From assembly GCA_043228905.1 (NCBI GenBank), contig JBHGNT010000007.1, forward strand, positions 13,020,001 through 13,084,000: 64,000 nucleotides of DNA. The letters run 5' to 3'. The position numbers and the translations under genes were made by a program. This DNA is from Azolla caroliniana. Lineage: Eukaryota; Plantae; Polypodiophyta. Below the pieces are notes generated by a model that saw nothing but the letters and a program-made list of their open reading frames with translations, had not been told where the DNA came from and searched no databases. This document shows, in pieces, positions 50,966-62,326 of this stretch (its first letter is position 1; each line of letters begins with the position of its first letter).

Positions 50966-51463
50966 TGTGTGGAAAATAGCGCTCGGCCACAACCGAGTCT
51001 TAGATCACTTCTTTGAGAATCGAACACAGAAATGGGAATAGAGATGAATACTCATACACCAAAAGAAAGTACACAGGATGTTTACGTGGAAAACCCTAAT
51101 AGGGAAAAACCACGGGAGCCCATAGACCCCAAACTAACATTATATGAGAAAGGTACAATCAGAGACTCGAAGGCAACGACCTTGAGCTCTGTTTCTTCGC
51201 CAAGCGGTGGTTACAACAGAGTATCGCTCTGTATCTCCTCTCTCTCTATACAACAGTTATGCACATACAACAACACTTCACTGTTCACACACTAAAGTGA
51301 TAGCCCTAAGTCATATTTATACTTATATGAACTTAGGGCTATTTACAAATATAGCATCAATACACTTACTCAACACATTTACAAATACATCTTCTCTTCC
51401 TGTTCTCACCGGGTCATTTTCATTCCTAACCGAATCCCATCCGAAGGGACCAATTTCACAACA
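50966..51463 (-). repeat. 5' LTR of Copia X
   Basis: TG...CA ends; adjacent to the PBS; homologous to 6125-6637. Confidence 0.92.
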
Positions 51464-52023
51464 GCCACTGTAGAATGGGGACTTTTCAATCCGAATCAGA
51501 AACCCCAACGCCTTATGATGCACCTGAGAGAAATATTTTCCAGTGAGGGCAATTGGATATTAGATTTATTATCTGGCACAGGTATAATTTAAAACTTGTT
51601 GGTTATTGTAACATACTCGAACACATTCTATTGGCAAAAAATGTCCTTCTTGTCACTTTGATTGTAGGTACTACATTTGCATGTGCTTCGAAGCTCTTCT
51701 GAAACACTATTGCATTTGAGAAGGATGAGGAGCAAGTGACCTTTATCAATATGAGGATAAAGGCCTTATGGGGATGTCTAGATTGAGGCGAAGAGATTGG
51801 CACAAAGGACATAGCTGATACAGAACGGTTTCAAGCTGCCTCTCGTGAGTAGATTCCTCCGTTACCTAGTGAACCTGGGGAGCTCAGTGATCTTGTGGAT
51901 GAGGTTACAGAGGACCCTGCAGTTGCTCGCCTATCTGGAAAGGACACTAATGCACAAATATGCGATGACGGCTCTCGAAAGGAGGAAGAGGAAAATGATG
52001 TAGATACATTGATTGCTATGTGA
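51464..52023 (+). pseudogene. 3' segment of the same methyltransferase gene (SAM-binding half)
   Basis: Continues in frame after the GCCAC TSD: ATVEWGLFNPNQKPQRLMMHLREIFSSEGNWILDLLSGT|GTTFACASKLF*NTIAFEKDEEQV. Intron 51582-51667 (GT..AG). Acidic tail ends at TGA 52021-52023. Confidence 0.8.
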
Positions 52024-52412
52024 AACATTTTTTCATTAAAGTCCTCTAAACTAATGTATAATATCTTTTGCAATACATTGATAATTCACATTTAAATGTA
52101 AGTTTTATTCTTTCCATTCTCTTGGTTTATTGTCTATACATATTGTATTTTTTTTTCTTTAACATTTTGAATTATAATATACCTTTAACTTTGGAAATTC
52201 ATTGTTACATCCAAATCCATTTTCTTGGTTTATATTGCCACAACACCCATTTGGATCCAAATCCATTCCACAGGTTTATTTTAATTTATAATATACATTT
52301 AACTTTATAGTTCATTGTATCCTAAACCATTATCTTGGTTTATGATGTGGAGCACCCGTTTGGATCGAAATCCATTGAGATCTCGGTTTATTGTGAATTA
52401 TAATATACCATT

Positions 52413-52699
52413 AACTTTACAATTTCATTGTATCCAAATACATTCACTTGGTTTATTGTTTGTCCCATTTGAATTGAAATATACATTTCTAGATAGTTGA
52501 AACTTTACAATTTCATTGTATCCAAATACATTCACTTGGTTTATTGTTTGTTCCATTTGAATTGAAATATACATTTCTAGATAGTTGAAACTTTACAATT
52601 TCATTGTATCCAAATACATTCACTTGGTTTATTGTTTGTCCCATTTGAATTGAAATATACATTTCTAGATAGTTGAAACTTTACAATTTCATTGTATCT
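52413..52699. repeat. 88-bp tandem repeat, about 3.3 near-perfect copies (diverged copies from ~52170)
   Basis: aactttacaatttcattgtatccaaatacattcacttgg at 52413, 52501 and 52589, plus a partial copy at 52677. Confidence 0.95.
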
Positions 52700-52965
52700 A
52701 GTATTTTGAAATATTCTCTACATTTAGGATTGAAATGCCATTATTAGTCGTGTCTCCAACTTTATCCAATATATGATCCCAAATTGTAGGTGCTCTCAGT
52801 CCTGTTTGTTTATTGGTATTCTCTAAAAATCATGGGTACTCCTTGGTATGTATTGTTACTAGCCTAGGGTAACATGGTGTTGAATATTCGTCCCTTGATA
52901 TCCGACTCAAGGTCTTGTATCTAGGGAAAGGTAACAATGTCACATCCTTTAGTGAAATCCAACGT
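52699..52965 (-). pseudogene. C-terminal fragment of an unknown gene convergent on the MTase gene
   Basis: RWISLKDVTLLPFPRYKTLSRISRDEYSTPCYPRLVTIHTKEYP*FLENTNKQTGLRAPTIWDHILDKVG...SKY*, one internal stop; no recognisable family. Confidence 0.35.
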
Positions 52966-53290
52966 TAATGACTCACATATGAATCGAACATAGCGTGACT
53001 GTGCGAACTGTGGAGATGAACTCGAGCCGGCTACCACCGGCTAGTTACATACACGTTATACAGGAACGTAAGAACTCAACACAGATAGATTATGACATAG
53101 AACATAATGTATTAGGCAAACAAAATTCTATTATCAAAGATGACCATAATACTTGGGGCAGTAACAAACGGAGCATGATCCATTACTAATATTAAATATT
53201 CACTTTTTTTACATCCCGCTCTCTTTACTGCTTCACACATGCACTTATCGGCCCTTTCACACTTGGTCATCTGAATCGGTCGAACCCATG

Positions 53291-55546
53291 GATGTGAAGA
53301 ATGTGTTTCTTCAAGGTGACCTTGAAGTACATGTCTACATGATCTAGCCCCCGATTTTTAGTCGGAGATGAACAAGTCAGCAGTTTGTCGATTCAAGAAG
53401 TCGCTTTACGGCCTAAAGAAGCTCCCTGTGCTTGGAATTAGAAGATCTCACTCCGGTTGCATAAGATGGGGTTTGCGGTCTCGAAGTTAGACTCTTCACT
53501 CTTCACAGTCCGGTATGTATCCTGATATATGTGGACGATCTAGTTTTCACGGAACCTAGACTCACTGAAATCGGCCGAGCGAAGTCCCAATTGTTGGATG
53601 CATTCGAAATGACGGACCAAGGGGACCTTCATTACTTCCTCGGGATCGACGTGATCCATACCCGTCATGGCATATTGCTCTCACAACGACATTATGTGTT
53701 GAATATGCTGTACAAGTTTGGCATGAAGGATTGCCGACCAGTCTCCACACCCTTGGACCGGCACTTGAAGCTTCATGCCGACTCCGGACCACCCTGCAGC
53801 GAGAGACGGTTCCCACAAATTGTCATAAACCTTATATACTTAACAATCACTCGACCCGACATCAACTATTCGATGGGGATTATAAGTCAGTTTATGTAGA
53901 AGCCGACCGTTGAGCACCTTCAGTGCGCGCATTCAATATTCAGGTATGTTAGCGGCACTAAGGATTGGGGACTGCTATACCAACATAGTATAACAGAAAA
54001 ACTATTCAATTATACAGATGCCGATTAGGCTAGTGATGCGTTTGATCGTTGGTTCACTTTTGGTTATATGTTTTCTCTGGGTAGCATGGCTGTTGCATGG
54101 AGTAGCAAGAAGCAACCTATAGTGGCCCTATCGAGCACTAAGGCTGAGTATCGGGGTGCTACCATTGCCACCTATGAAGCCATCTGGCTTCGGCGGCTCC
54201 TACAAGACCTCCATATCGAAGTACCGACTTTGATCCTGATCTACTGTGACAACATGAGCAACATGCAGCTTGCCAAAAATCCGGTGTTCCATGCTCGGAC
54301 AAAGCATTTGGCTTCGGCGGCTCCTACAAGACCTCTAGATCGAATTACCGACTCTGATCCTAATCTACTGTGACAACATGAGTGACATGCAGCTCACCAA
54401 AAATCCGGTGTTCCATGCTCGGACATCTTCACAAGGCACTTGGAACTGACAAGTTGCAACATTTTTCGGAGATGCTTGGTTTACAACATCTTGACATGCC
54501 GTACTTGAGGGGGAGAACCAGAACAAGAACCGGCAAAATAGTTAATGGCACCAGACAAGCAGCCGGAGAGGAGGAAACCGAAACAAGGGAAGACAAGAAG
54601 AAAAAGGGAGCCGAGTCAACTGAAGAAGTCGGCACATCTGAACAAGTTGGAACAAGCGGTGATGACAACAGACTCAAGAAGGACAAAGCCGACCAGAAGA
54701 AGAAGGCCAAGACTTGGACGTGGTCCGATGTTGTGAAGGGCCTAAAGATTGAAGACGAATTGGAGACAGCGAATTCAGAGAAGAGTTGGAATGAATCGGA
54801 GGCACCCGATTCGGAGGCATTTGATTCGGAGAAGTTGAATCAACTAAAGGCCAAACAAACTAGAAGGTAATGGAAATCAACACTAACATGGAGGAACCGA
54901 TGGGTCGAGAAGCGCCAAAGTCAAAGCAACAATGGCGCTGAGATGGGCCTATTAAGCAGATGAGCTGATCGAGAAGGTCGAGGTGCGCCGAACCGGGCGG
55001 GACGTGGAAAGTAGGATTGGATGGGTCGAGGTGTGCGAGCAAGGCGGGAAGACGTCAGGAGGAGTTGGAGGCAAGGACCAACAAAAACTGACACCACAAT
55101 TCGACCTGAAGTTGAGCTTGAGGAGGAGTGTTGAGCGGACTAGCTCAACCAGATTACCTATCCGGAACGGGGAACCAGATAGGTATCCAGATCGGTACCT
55201 AGAACAAAGAGCCGGATCGGATTGTAACCGCTAGGCCGTTAGAGGCCTACATTCATAGCCTATTTTGTAGGCATATTTCTTGAGTTAGTGTCAGCCGCTC
55301 GTACGGGCATTGAAGTACATGTGAGTACTTTTGTCAGTCCTTTTAAGGACTTGTATAAAAGTGCTATTTGAGCTCATTCTATGTACAAAGTGATATTTTG
55401 AAATTGAGTTTATGTCGTTCTGCTCTCTCTGTCTCTCCCGTGTACTCCTTGTGTGTTTGGAAGCTTCCATTAAACTTGTGTATACTTTCTGTTAACATCC
55501 GATGAAGTTGGTTAGGTTTTCAAGCTTCTGTACGTAATTCTTTTCA
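53291..55546 (+). mobile_element. 5'-truncated Ty1/Copia (F): RT-RH, C-terminal extension and 3' LTR; related to C
   Basis: MDVKNVFLQGDL, YVDDL, WSSKKQ, HARTKH; PPT ttgaggaggag; LTR 55129-55546 (TG...CA). No 5' LTR or TSD found. Confidence 0.85.
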
Positions 55547-55787
55547 TGTAAGAACTCAACATAGATCGATTATGACAAAGAACACAATGTAACAGGCAAA
55601 CAGAATTCTATTATCAAAGACGCCCGTGATAAAGTACCATTCAATTAGATTTTTATAGGCTTCCTGTGCCTCTTTTTATAGGGATCATGGGCGGTTACAA
55701 ACAGAACGTGATCCATTACTAATATTACATATTCGCTATTTTTACTACTTCGCTCGGCCCCACCCACCCGCTTTCAATTCGTCCCTT

Positions 55788-58445
55788 TCACGCTTGGTCG
55801 TCAGAACCGGCCAACACATGGCACACCCATGGGAGAGTATATGCACAGTCGAACCCATGGGCCGATTACGCTTCTTCAAAAATATGCAAAATATTCATCT
55901 TGGTTGGAGTCGATCTGGTTGCGCCTGGCGGGGTCAGGGTTGGGGTTGGCTCCGGCTCGGCTGCATCCTCATTCCGTTCATTCTCCTACAGAACCAAGAT
56001 TGGATCCAGCTTAGTTGTGGCTGACGTTCTTTTCGTTCTCCTGCGGGCTCTCCTGGAGTAGTGGCTGGGAGGGGATCATGGGCTGCGTTTGTTGCTCCGC
56101 AATCATCGGAAGCTCCCTAACTGGTTGCTACTCGGTGTTGTCCGCGTCTATGTTGGGCATGGGATCTGTGGGGCAAGGTGGCATCCGGAGAGTGCTCGCT
56201 CGATTCACTATCAGGAAGCTGGATGGTTTCCGACTCCTCTACTATCTCTTGCTCTTTCTCCGCATGCGCGCACTCAGTCTCGTACGCTTCTACCTTCAAT
56301 GCGTAGTCGATTTGATCCCCACTGAATTCTTCCAGGAGCTATATGCTATTTTCGTGGAGTGTCATTCAACGAGTACCCTGTAGTAATCCACGAGGTCTGC
56401 TTGAATAGCGCTGACGCTTCCCTCATTGAGCTTGTAGTACCCGTGCCCTTCTTTCCTTCTGTTCTCCTCATCCACTTGAAAAATTTGAAGTTTGGCTGCT
56501 TGCGCAGACCAATCCTCCCAGCCTCGTTGCAATCTGTCAGATATCATTCAGATGGTTGCCTCCTTCCAGTTTGTGAGCGGTGTCTGGATCCTTTCCTTCG
56601 ACATCTTCGTCTTTGTCCACATCAACTATATGGTCTCCTCGAGTTTCTTAATCATACTTGGAGCGTGCCCTGATTGAAGGGCGTAGCAGTCTTGAATGAC
56701 ACTCATGTTCATCTACAATATTTTCTTTCTTTCTCGTGCAACTCTTCCATACACGCCATTTCTTGTTGCATTCGAGATTGTATTTCCTCTATTAATTTGC
56801 TCTCGGCTAGCATCTGCTCATCGTACAACTCCTTCTGCTTCGTTTTCTCCTCCCTCAAGTTTTCGAGCATTTGTTCGGCCTGTGCCGTGACCTCTTTTTT
56901 TCGTCGAGGGAAACTAAAGTCTAGTTTTGTGTGATAATCGATGCGTCCAACTTGTCCTCGAGCGCTTTCACACCTTTTCGAGTCGTAGCCCGAACGCTCA
57001 TTTCTCGGTCCAATGATTGGCAGAGGTTAGTCTCTTTTGTCGTTCATCGCGCTTGCTTGTGTTTGTACGCCATGTGCTTCCCTCCTAAGCGCACCTCAGC
57101 CAATTCCTAATGAACTTCGACCAACGCCATGTTCAAGGCCGGTAAGTCGATCCCCATGTGTCCTCCATTGACGTGCTATTTGTGGCTAATTTTGCTTAAG
57201 GACTCTTCCTCCTCCAGCCAATTTTTCTAATATTGCTCACTAGATCATCTGCCTCTTTGTGGGCTCTTCATCCATGCATTGAGCCGCCACGACCTGTTGT
57301 GTGGCGAGGAATTCCCTGAGTTCGAAAGTCATGCCGAACTGGAGAATGGCAGTGAACTCGTGGGTGACTGCCAGAATTTCTCGATAAGCAAGGACCTCAC
57401 TCTCTTGTATTAGGGACCCTTGGCCCCACTATAGCTTCTCGGTGAGCGTCGTTCCTTCTACCAAATCCGAAATGATTGTTGTTGTCGACTCGACTGCAAC
57501 TGATGCCTCCTTGGTTGGCTTCGTCTTGGCCATTTTTTTGATCCAATAGGCATCGTTTTGATTTTGGGCTTCGGGGATCTGCCTCCTATTGTTGGTAGCT
57601 CGGTTAGCTGTCCTGTTCCACCGATGCTACCTATCAAACCGGGGGTGTGGGGTTGGCTATCGTCTTCGGCGGGCTTGAGGGTGCTGCTTGTTGCGGCCAT
57701 TCGTTCTCCTTGTCTTGCCTTGTAGTTGTATGGAGTGCACCAAGCGGAAGCTTTCGGCTGTAGGTTGGCGGTTGAGATGTGACGAGCCAACCGCCGTTGG
57801 GGCAAGGAGTTATGCTATCAGTGGTAAGAACACTATCAAGTATTGTGTGATGATTGGGAGAAATTTCTTCCCAGCTTGTAGAGCGAGGAGTCCGGCGGGT
57901 AAGGCTACACTTGTGACGAAGCTCCACCTCCAATAGAAATTTGGCAACATCTCGAAAGAATATGTTCGGAGCCTTGTGTGTTCTATACGTCTTTGCGAAG
58001 GGAGAAGATTCCCCGAAATATTTCTCCAACACTATGGTCGGAGGAATATCGAAACATCGATCTCTGAGTGGACTCAGGCCCAATGTTTTCTCATTGTCGC
58101 GTTATTGATAGTATCTACATTAATCTTTATGCCAATGGCGTGGGCGTTGGGTGTGATTGTGCCTCGACGACTCTGATATAACCGACCATGGAGCGACTGT
58201 CGAAGGGTAGGGGGGATGTCGATGACCATGGCGATGAGAGGGTTAAGATCTACTGAAGGGTGATCTGTGTGTACAGAGCGATGGGAGAATGGAGGGGGAG
58301 AGCCAGGGTAGCGAGGGAGTCTTCTACTCTGAGCTCTACATTCGTTTGTGCGCGAAATGTTGGGTAAAATGCTTAGGCCTACTTTTTGTGAGGTTTGGCG
58401 AGGGGAATCAATTGCCAAGATTGTTCGAGCCATGGCACCACGCAT
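55788..58445 (-). pseudogene. Accessory ORF B, paralogue of ORF A
   Basis: LEKYFGESSPFAKTYRT...FFRDVAKFL matches LRKYFGEYSLESKAYRT...LFREIARVL in ORF A; shared C-terminal GFD-x7-CHVL motif. Confidence 0.6.
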
Positions 58446-59104
58446 GTGAATAGAAAGGTACTTTCTTTCTTGGGTTGCGTGCCTGCATTTAAAAGGTCTT
58501 TAGATAGTTTTGAATGCCTTTTTTCTTCTAGTTTAGAACGACAATATACAATAATGATACATTCAAGGATCCCTGTATTTATAGGGACTGGGGTCCATGA
58601 TGCGAGGTTGATTTGGTAGGGAGTGTCGCGGCGGTTAGTTTTCTCGAAGACGGGTTTGTTGGTGTGGGACCCAAGTATGGTTTCAGCCGAAATCCATTGA
58701 CTTTCTTACGCATGTTAATCCTTAGGGCCGGACAATGGCCTAACACAGGGTGTCTCCGGAAGACACTTCACCAAAGGGGTGTTACGGCGAGATAACTTAA
58801 GACACAACGATTAATCCGACTTAATTGGCTACTTAGCAATAAGGCATTCACTTAATACACGCATAAGATATAACAATTAGTACAAAACATGAAGATAAAA
58901 CAAGAAGCTTATATTAATTCTCCATTAAAGTTATACATTGTAATCAGGCCTTTATATAGGTCATCGATGCTGCGTACAAAACGGTGCCAACCGGCACATG
59001 TTCGGAACCGGTCTAGATCCGGATCGGCATACCGATTGCGGTCCGTCCGTTCACTACATAATTATAATCTATTCTACTTAATTAAAAGATATTCCAAATA
59101 ATCA

Positions 59105-62100
59105 TCCCTTTCACATTTTGGTCTTTAATCCTTTGCCAGGTGGGTAACACATGGCACGCCTGTGGGACAGTACCTTGTACGTCGAATCCCACTATTCGGC
59201 CCTTATCCTTCGTCCAAGATATCCAGAATACTCTACTCCAGTGTATCCAATGGTTGTTCAGAACTCTGTTGTTGTTGTTGTGGTTGTTGTTGTGGCTGTT
59301 GTTGTTGTGGCTCCGGCTTCTCCGACTCTTGCTCCTTAGATGGCGTCTATTCAGCTCCCGGTACCGGCGGTTGTGGCGGTGATTCCTCCGTTAGTTGCTC
59401 CGCCAGATTTGACTCCGGTTGACTCGCCCTCGCCTTGTCTCCGTCCGGTCCTTGCTCCGGTGATGGCTCCTCATCGCTACGGTTGACAGTCGCCGCCTGC
59501 TTTGCTTCTTCTCTCCGTAGCCTAGTCCACTCATAACTCTCAAACTGGATTTGAGCATCCAGTCGATCATCATCTAGGTGTGCTACAAGTTGTCGGACCA
59601 CTGCTGACTGCTCCTCCGCCAGAGTTACAAAATCTTCGGCTAACTCATCTCTTATGGCAGTGAAGTCCTCCTTCGTTAGCATGTAGCAGTCGTCGCCATC
59701 CCTCTGTCGGTTTTCCGCGTCCGCCCGTAGCAACTGGAGCTCGACTGTGTGCTTTGCCCATTTGTCCCACCATTGTGCGGAGCTTTCGTCAATCAAGCGT
59801 TTGGTCTTGTTCCTCCATGCCTAGACAATGAACTGGAGCCGCTCCAATCCCATCTTCGATTTGTCCTCCGTCGCTTGTTGTTCGTCCTTCAACTGCTTGA
59901 TCAATGCCACCGTATCCGTCTCCTACTCCCAGTAATGTGACAATTGGGTTTGATAGGTGTTCTGCAGCCTTTGCAAAACCATCGTCGCTTTTCCCTTCTC
60001 TTCATAATGCTGCTTATGAAGCTCCATCAGTTCTTGCGCGGCTTCCTCCAGCAGCGTGGTTCTTTCAGCTCGTTTCTCCGCTAGCGGCGTCTCAACTCGA
60101 TGCACCTCCTGCTGGAGCTCTGCCATCTTCTCTTGCTATTTCTTATGCTCCGTATCCAGGTGCTTGTAGTCCCAGTGCAGGTGGTCAAAATCATCGGTCT
60201 TCTGCTTCAGTTTTTGGTTGAGTTGCCGGCGAGCGCGGTCTTCCCGATCCTTCTGTTGACGGAGTTCTTCTTTAAGTCTTTCTATCTCTGTTTCTGCCAT
60301 CCGTCATAGCTTCTCCTTTTCTTGCAGTGCCTTCTCTTTCTCCTCCTTCAGCCGGTCATATGCCTGATGTCCTTTTCGCAGATTCTCTTCTGCCCGGCGG
60401 AGGTTCTCAACAGTCTTTCGTTGCTCTTCTTCTGCCGCTTTCTTCAAGTCCTGCACTCGGGTGCGTAATGCTTCCTGCGCGGCCAGTTCATCTCTCAATT
60501 CAGCAAGCTCTTTTGCTTGCGCCGCCACTATCTCCGGGACTGGGTCGATCTCCAGGGTCTTATTGCTATGTACAGGTGTCATGGTTTCTTTATTCTGTAC
60601 ATCGACTGGAGTCACCGGAGCTTGGAGCTATGGTCCGGTTAAGGCCATTTTGGCCAATTTTTCTGTGGCTAGGTCCCGTCTCTAGTTCTCCGATTGTGAC
60701 GAGCAACCAGTCTATCTGCGCTTTCTCTTCCGCCTCTATGTAGTGTACCACTCCGGAAATCTGTGCTTCAATCCACCGGAGCCATTGGCTGCCGGTGAAC
60801 TATTGTTGCATTTGCCCGGAGGGTTGGCTATTGGTGTCGCTGGCTAGTGGTCGGTTTTGTCCGGTTGCGTCGAGCTGCAACTCTGGCTCTTGTTGGTGAC
60901 CACTCTGCCATTCTAGTTGCGGCTCCGTTGGCCGCTCCGCCTTTGAATGCTATTGGCCTGCCGGTGGGGTAGGCAACTGTACTTCCGACGCTTGCATTTC
61001 GGGTCTTGCCGTATCTTGACCTGCCGGTAGAGGTTGTTGTGCAGGGAGCTTTGTGACCGGTTCTGTCCGAACCGGTTACGGTTCCATCCTTGGTGCGGGC
61101 TGCTTAGTGCGGGGTACAGGCGTTCCATCCTTCTTTGGGTCCGAACGCTCCCCGGCATGTTCGGAGGTGCTTGCCTTCTGGCGCCACTAGAGGTGCTCTA
61201 ACGGTTCCTCCTTCGCTTCCTCCTCTTGAGTCCCGATGTTGATTTTCACTACCAAGGGGTCCGGCATTTGTTGAACCGATCGGCTAAGCTTGATCTTGAT
61301 TGGCCGTACCGGTGGCTCCTTCTACGTTTCCGCATGCCGCTTCCTATTGGCGCGCTCCTTTGCGCTTGGTTCGTGTCGGCCGCGTTCCCTTTGGTTGCCT
61401 TAGAAGCCAACAGTTGTTGCCGTTTTGAGGCCGTTTTCGGGGTGCCTTCGGTTGTTCTTCCCTGCTTCGTGGTCTTGATGGGCTCGATAAGTGGCACCAA
61501 TAGGGTGAGCCATTGCGCCATTGCGCCACTGCCGTCCATATCTTCTGACCTTCTTTGCCTCTGACAGAGTCGATGGCCGCACAGAGCCCATCCGCAATCA
61601 GTACCACCCAGTTCACCTTCACGCCTTCATATGTGGCTATGATTAAGTTCGCCCGGTTTTGGGGCATGCACGGGGGTCGAGGGTATACATGTCCAAATTC
61701 ATGGAGCACACGGGCAATCTCTCGAAAGAGTGGATCTTCGCCGCCCTATGTCCGGTAGGCCTTGCTTTCCAGAGAGTATTCCCCAAAATATTTTCGGAGC
61801 TGCTCCGGGGTAGGGTTGTCGATGGTGAAGATGCCCCCCTTCGGAAGGCCAATCAACGCATGGATAACCTCTTCCGTGATCAGCTCCGTGTCGATTTCTT
61901 TGACTATCTTCTCCGCCTCCCGGTGTGGTGGCGCCTCCATGATTGTGAGGAAACCTTCTAACCCGTGTTGCCTTAGCCACTTCTTGGCTGCTTCATAGAG
62001 TGCTTGGCAGTCCATGGCTTCGTAGAGGTCAGTGAGCACTGGTGAGGGTTGTGTGTGAGGAGTCTCTGTGTGCGTGGGCTCGCGTCTGCTGATCTTCAAT

Positions 62101-62174
62101 CGTCTGTTTGCGTTTGTGCTCCTCTGTTCGCGAAATGTGAGGGTTTCTATGTGGCGGGGGTTTTCTTGTTGCAT
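59105..62174 (-). pseudogene. Accessory ORF A downstream of pol (helical N-terminal domain, coiled coil, poly-Q)
   Basis: Fragments 61746-62174, 61344-61709, 60304-60615, 59923-60126 and 59347-59796; (GTT)n at 59266-59310 encodes QQQP repeats. Confidence 0.7.
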
Positions 62175-62326
62175 CGTGTACTAAAATAGAATGTCGTGCC
62201 ATCTGGCGGCGGTTTAATAGCCCACTACGTACCTTTTCAAAGTGCCTGTTCACTCCTTTTGTTTGCATGATTTACTTTGATTTGATCTGATTCGTTTTTT
62301 TTTAAAAATTTATAAAAATGGTTTTG

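Larger units (their letters stand above)
6125..51463 (-). mobile_element. Outer Ty1/Copia LTR retrotransposon (X), degenerate, host of the whole nest
   Basis: TSD GCCAC at 6120-6124 and 51464-51468; 5' LTR 50966-51463; 3' LTR 6125-6637; Met-type PBS remnant (tggtatcgg) 50954-50962; PPT 6638-6648. Segments 6125-7050, 14643-15710, 21214-21222, 32720-35017 and 50703-51463 are collinear. Confidence 0.9.

Noticed and set aside
52967-53290. Possible 3' LTR of the right-hand Gypsy
   Set aside because: No PPT, second LTR or TSD could be identified; treated only as a diverged repeat of 55547-55860.
59140-59422. Cys-rich metallothionein-like ORF (CCCCCGCCCG) and Leu/Val-rich ORFs
   Set aside because: Antisense translations of the (CAA/CAG)n poly-Q tract of accessory ORF A.
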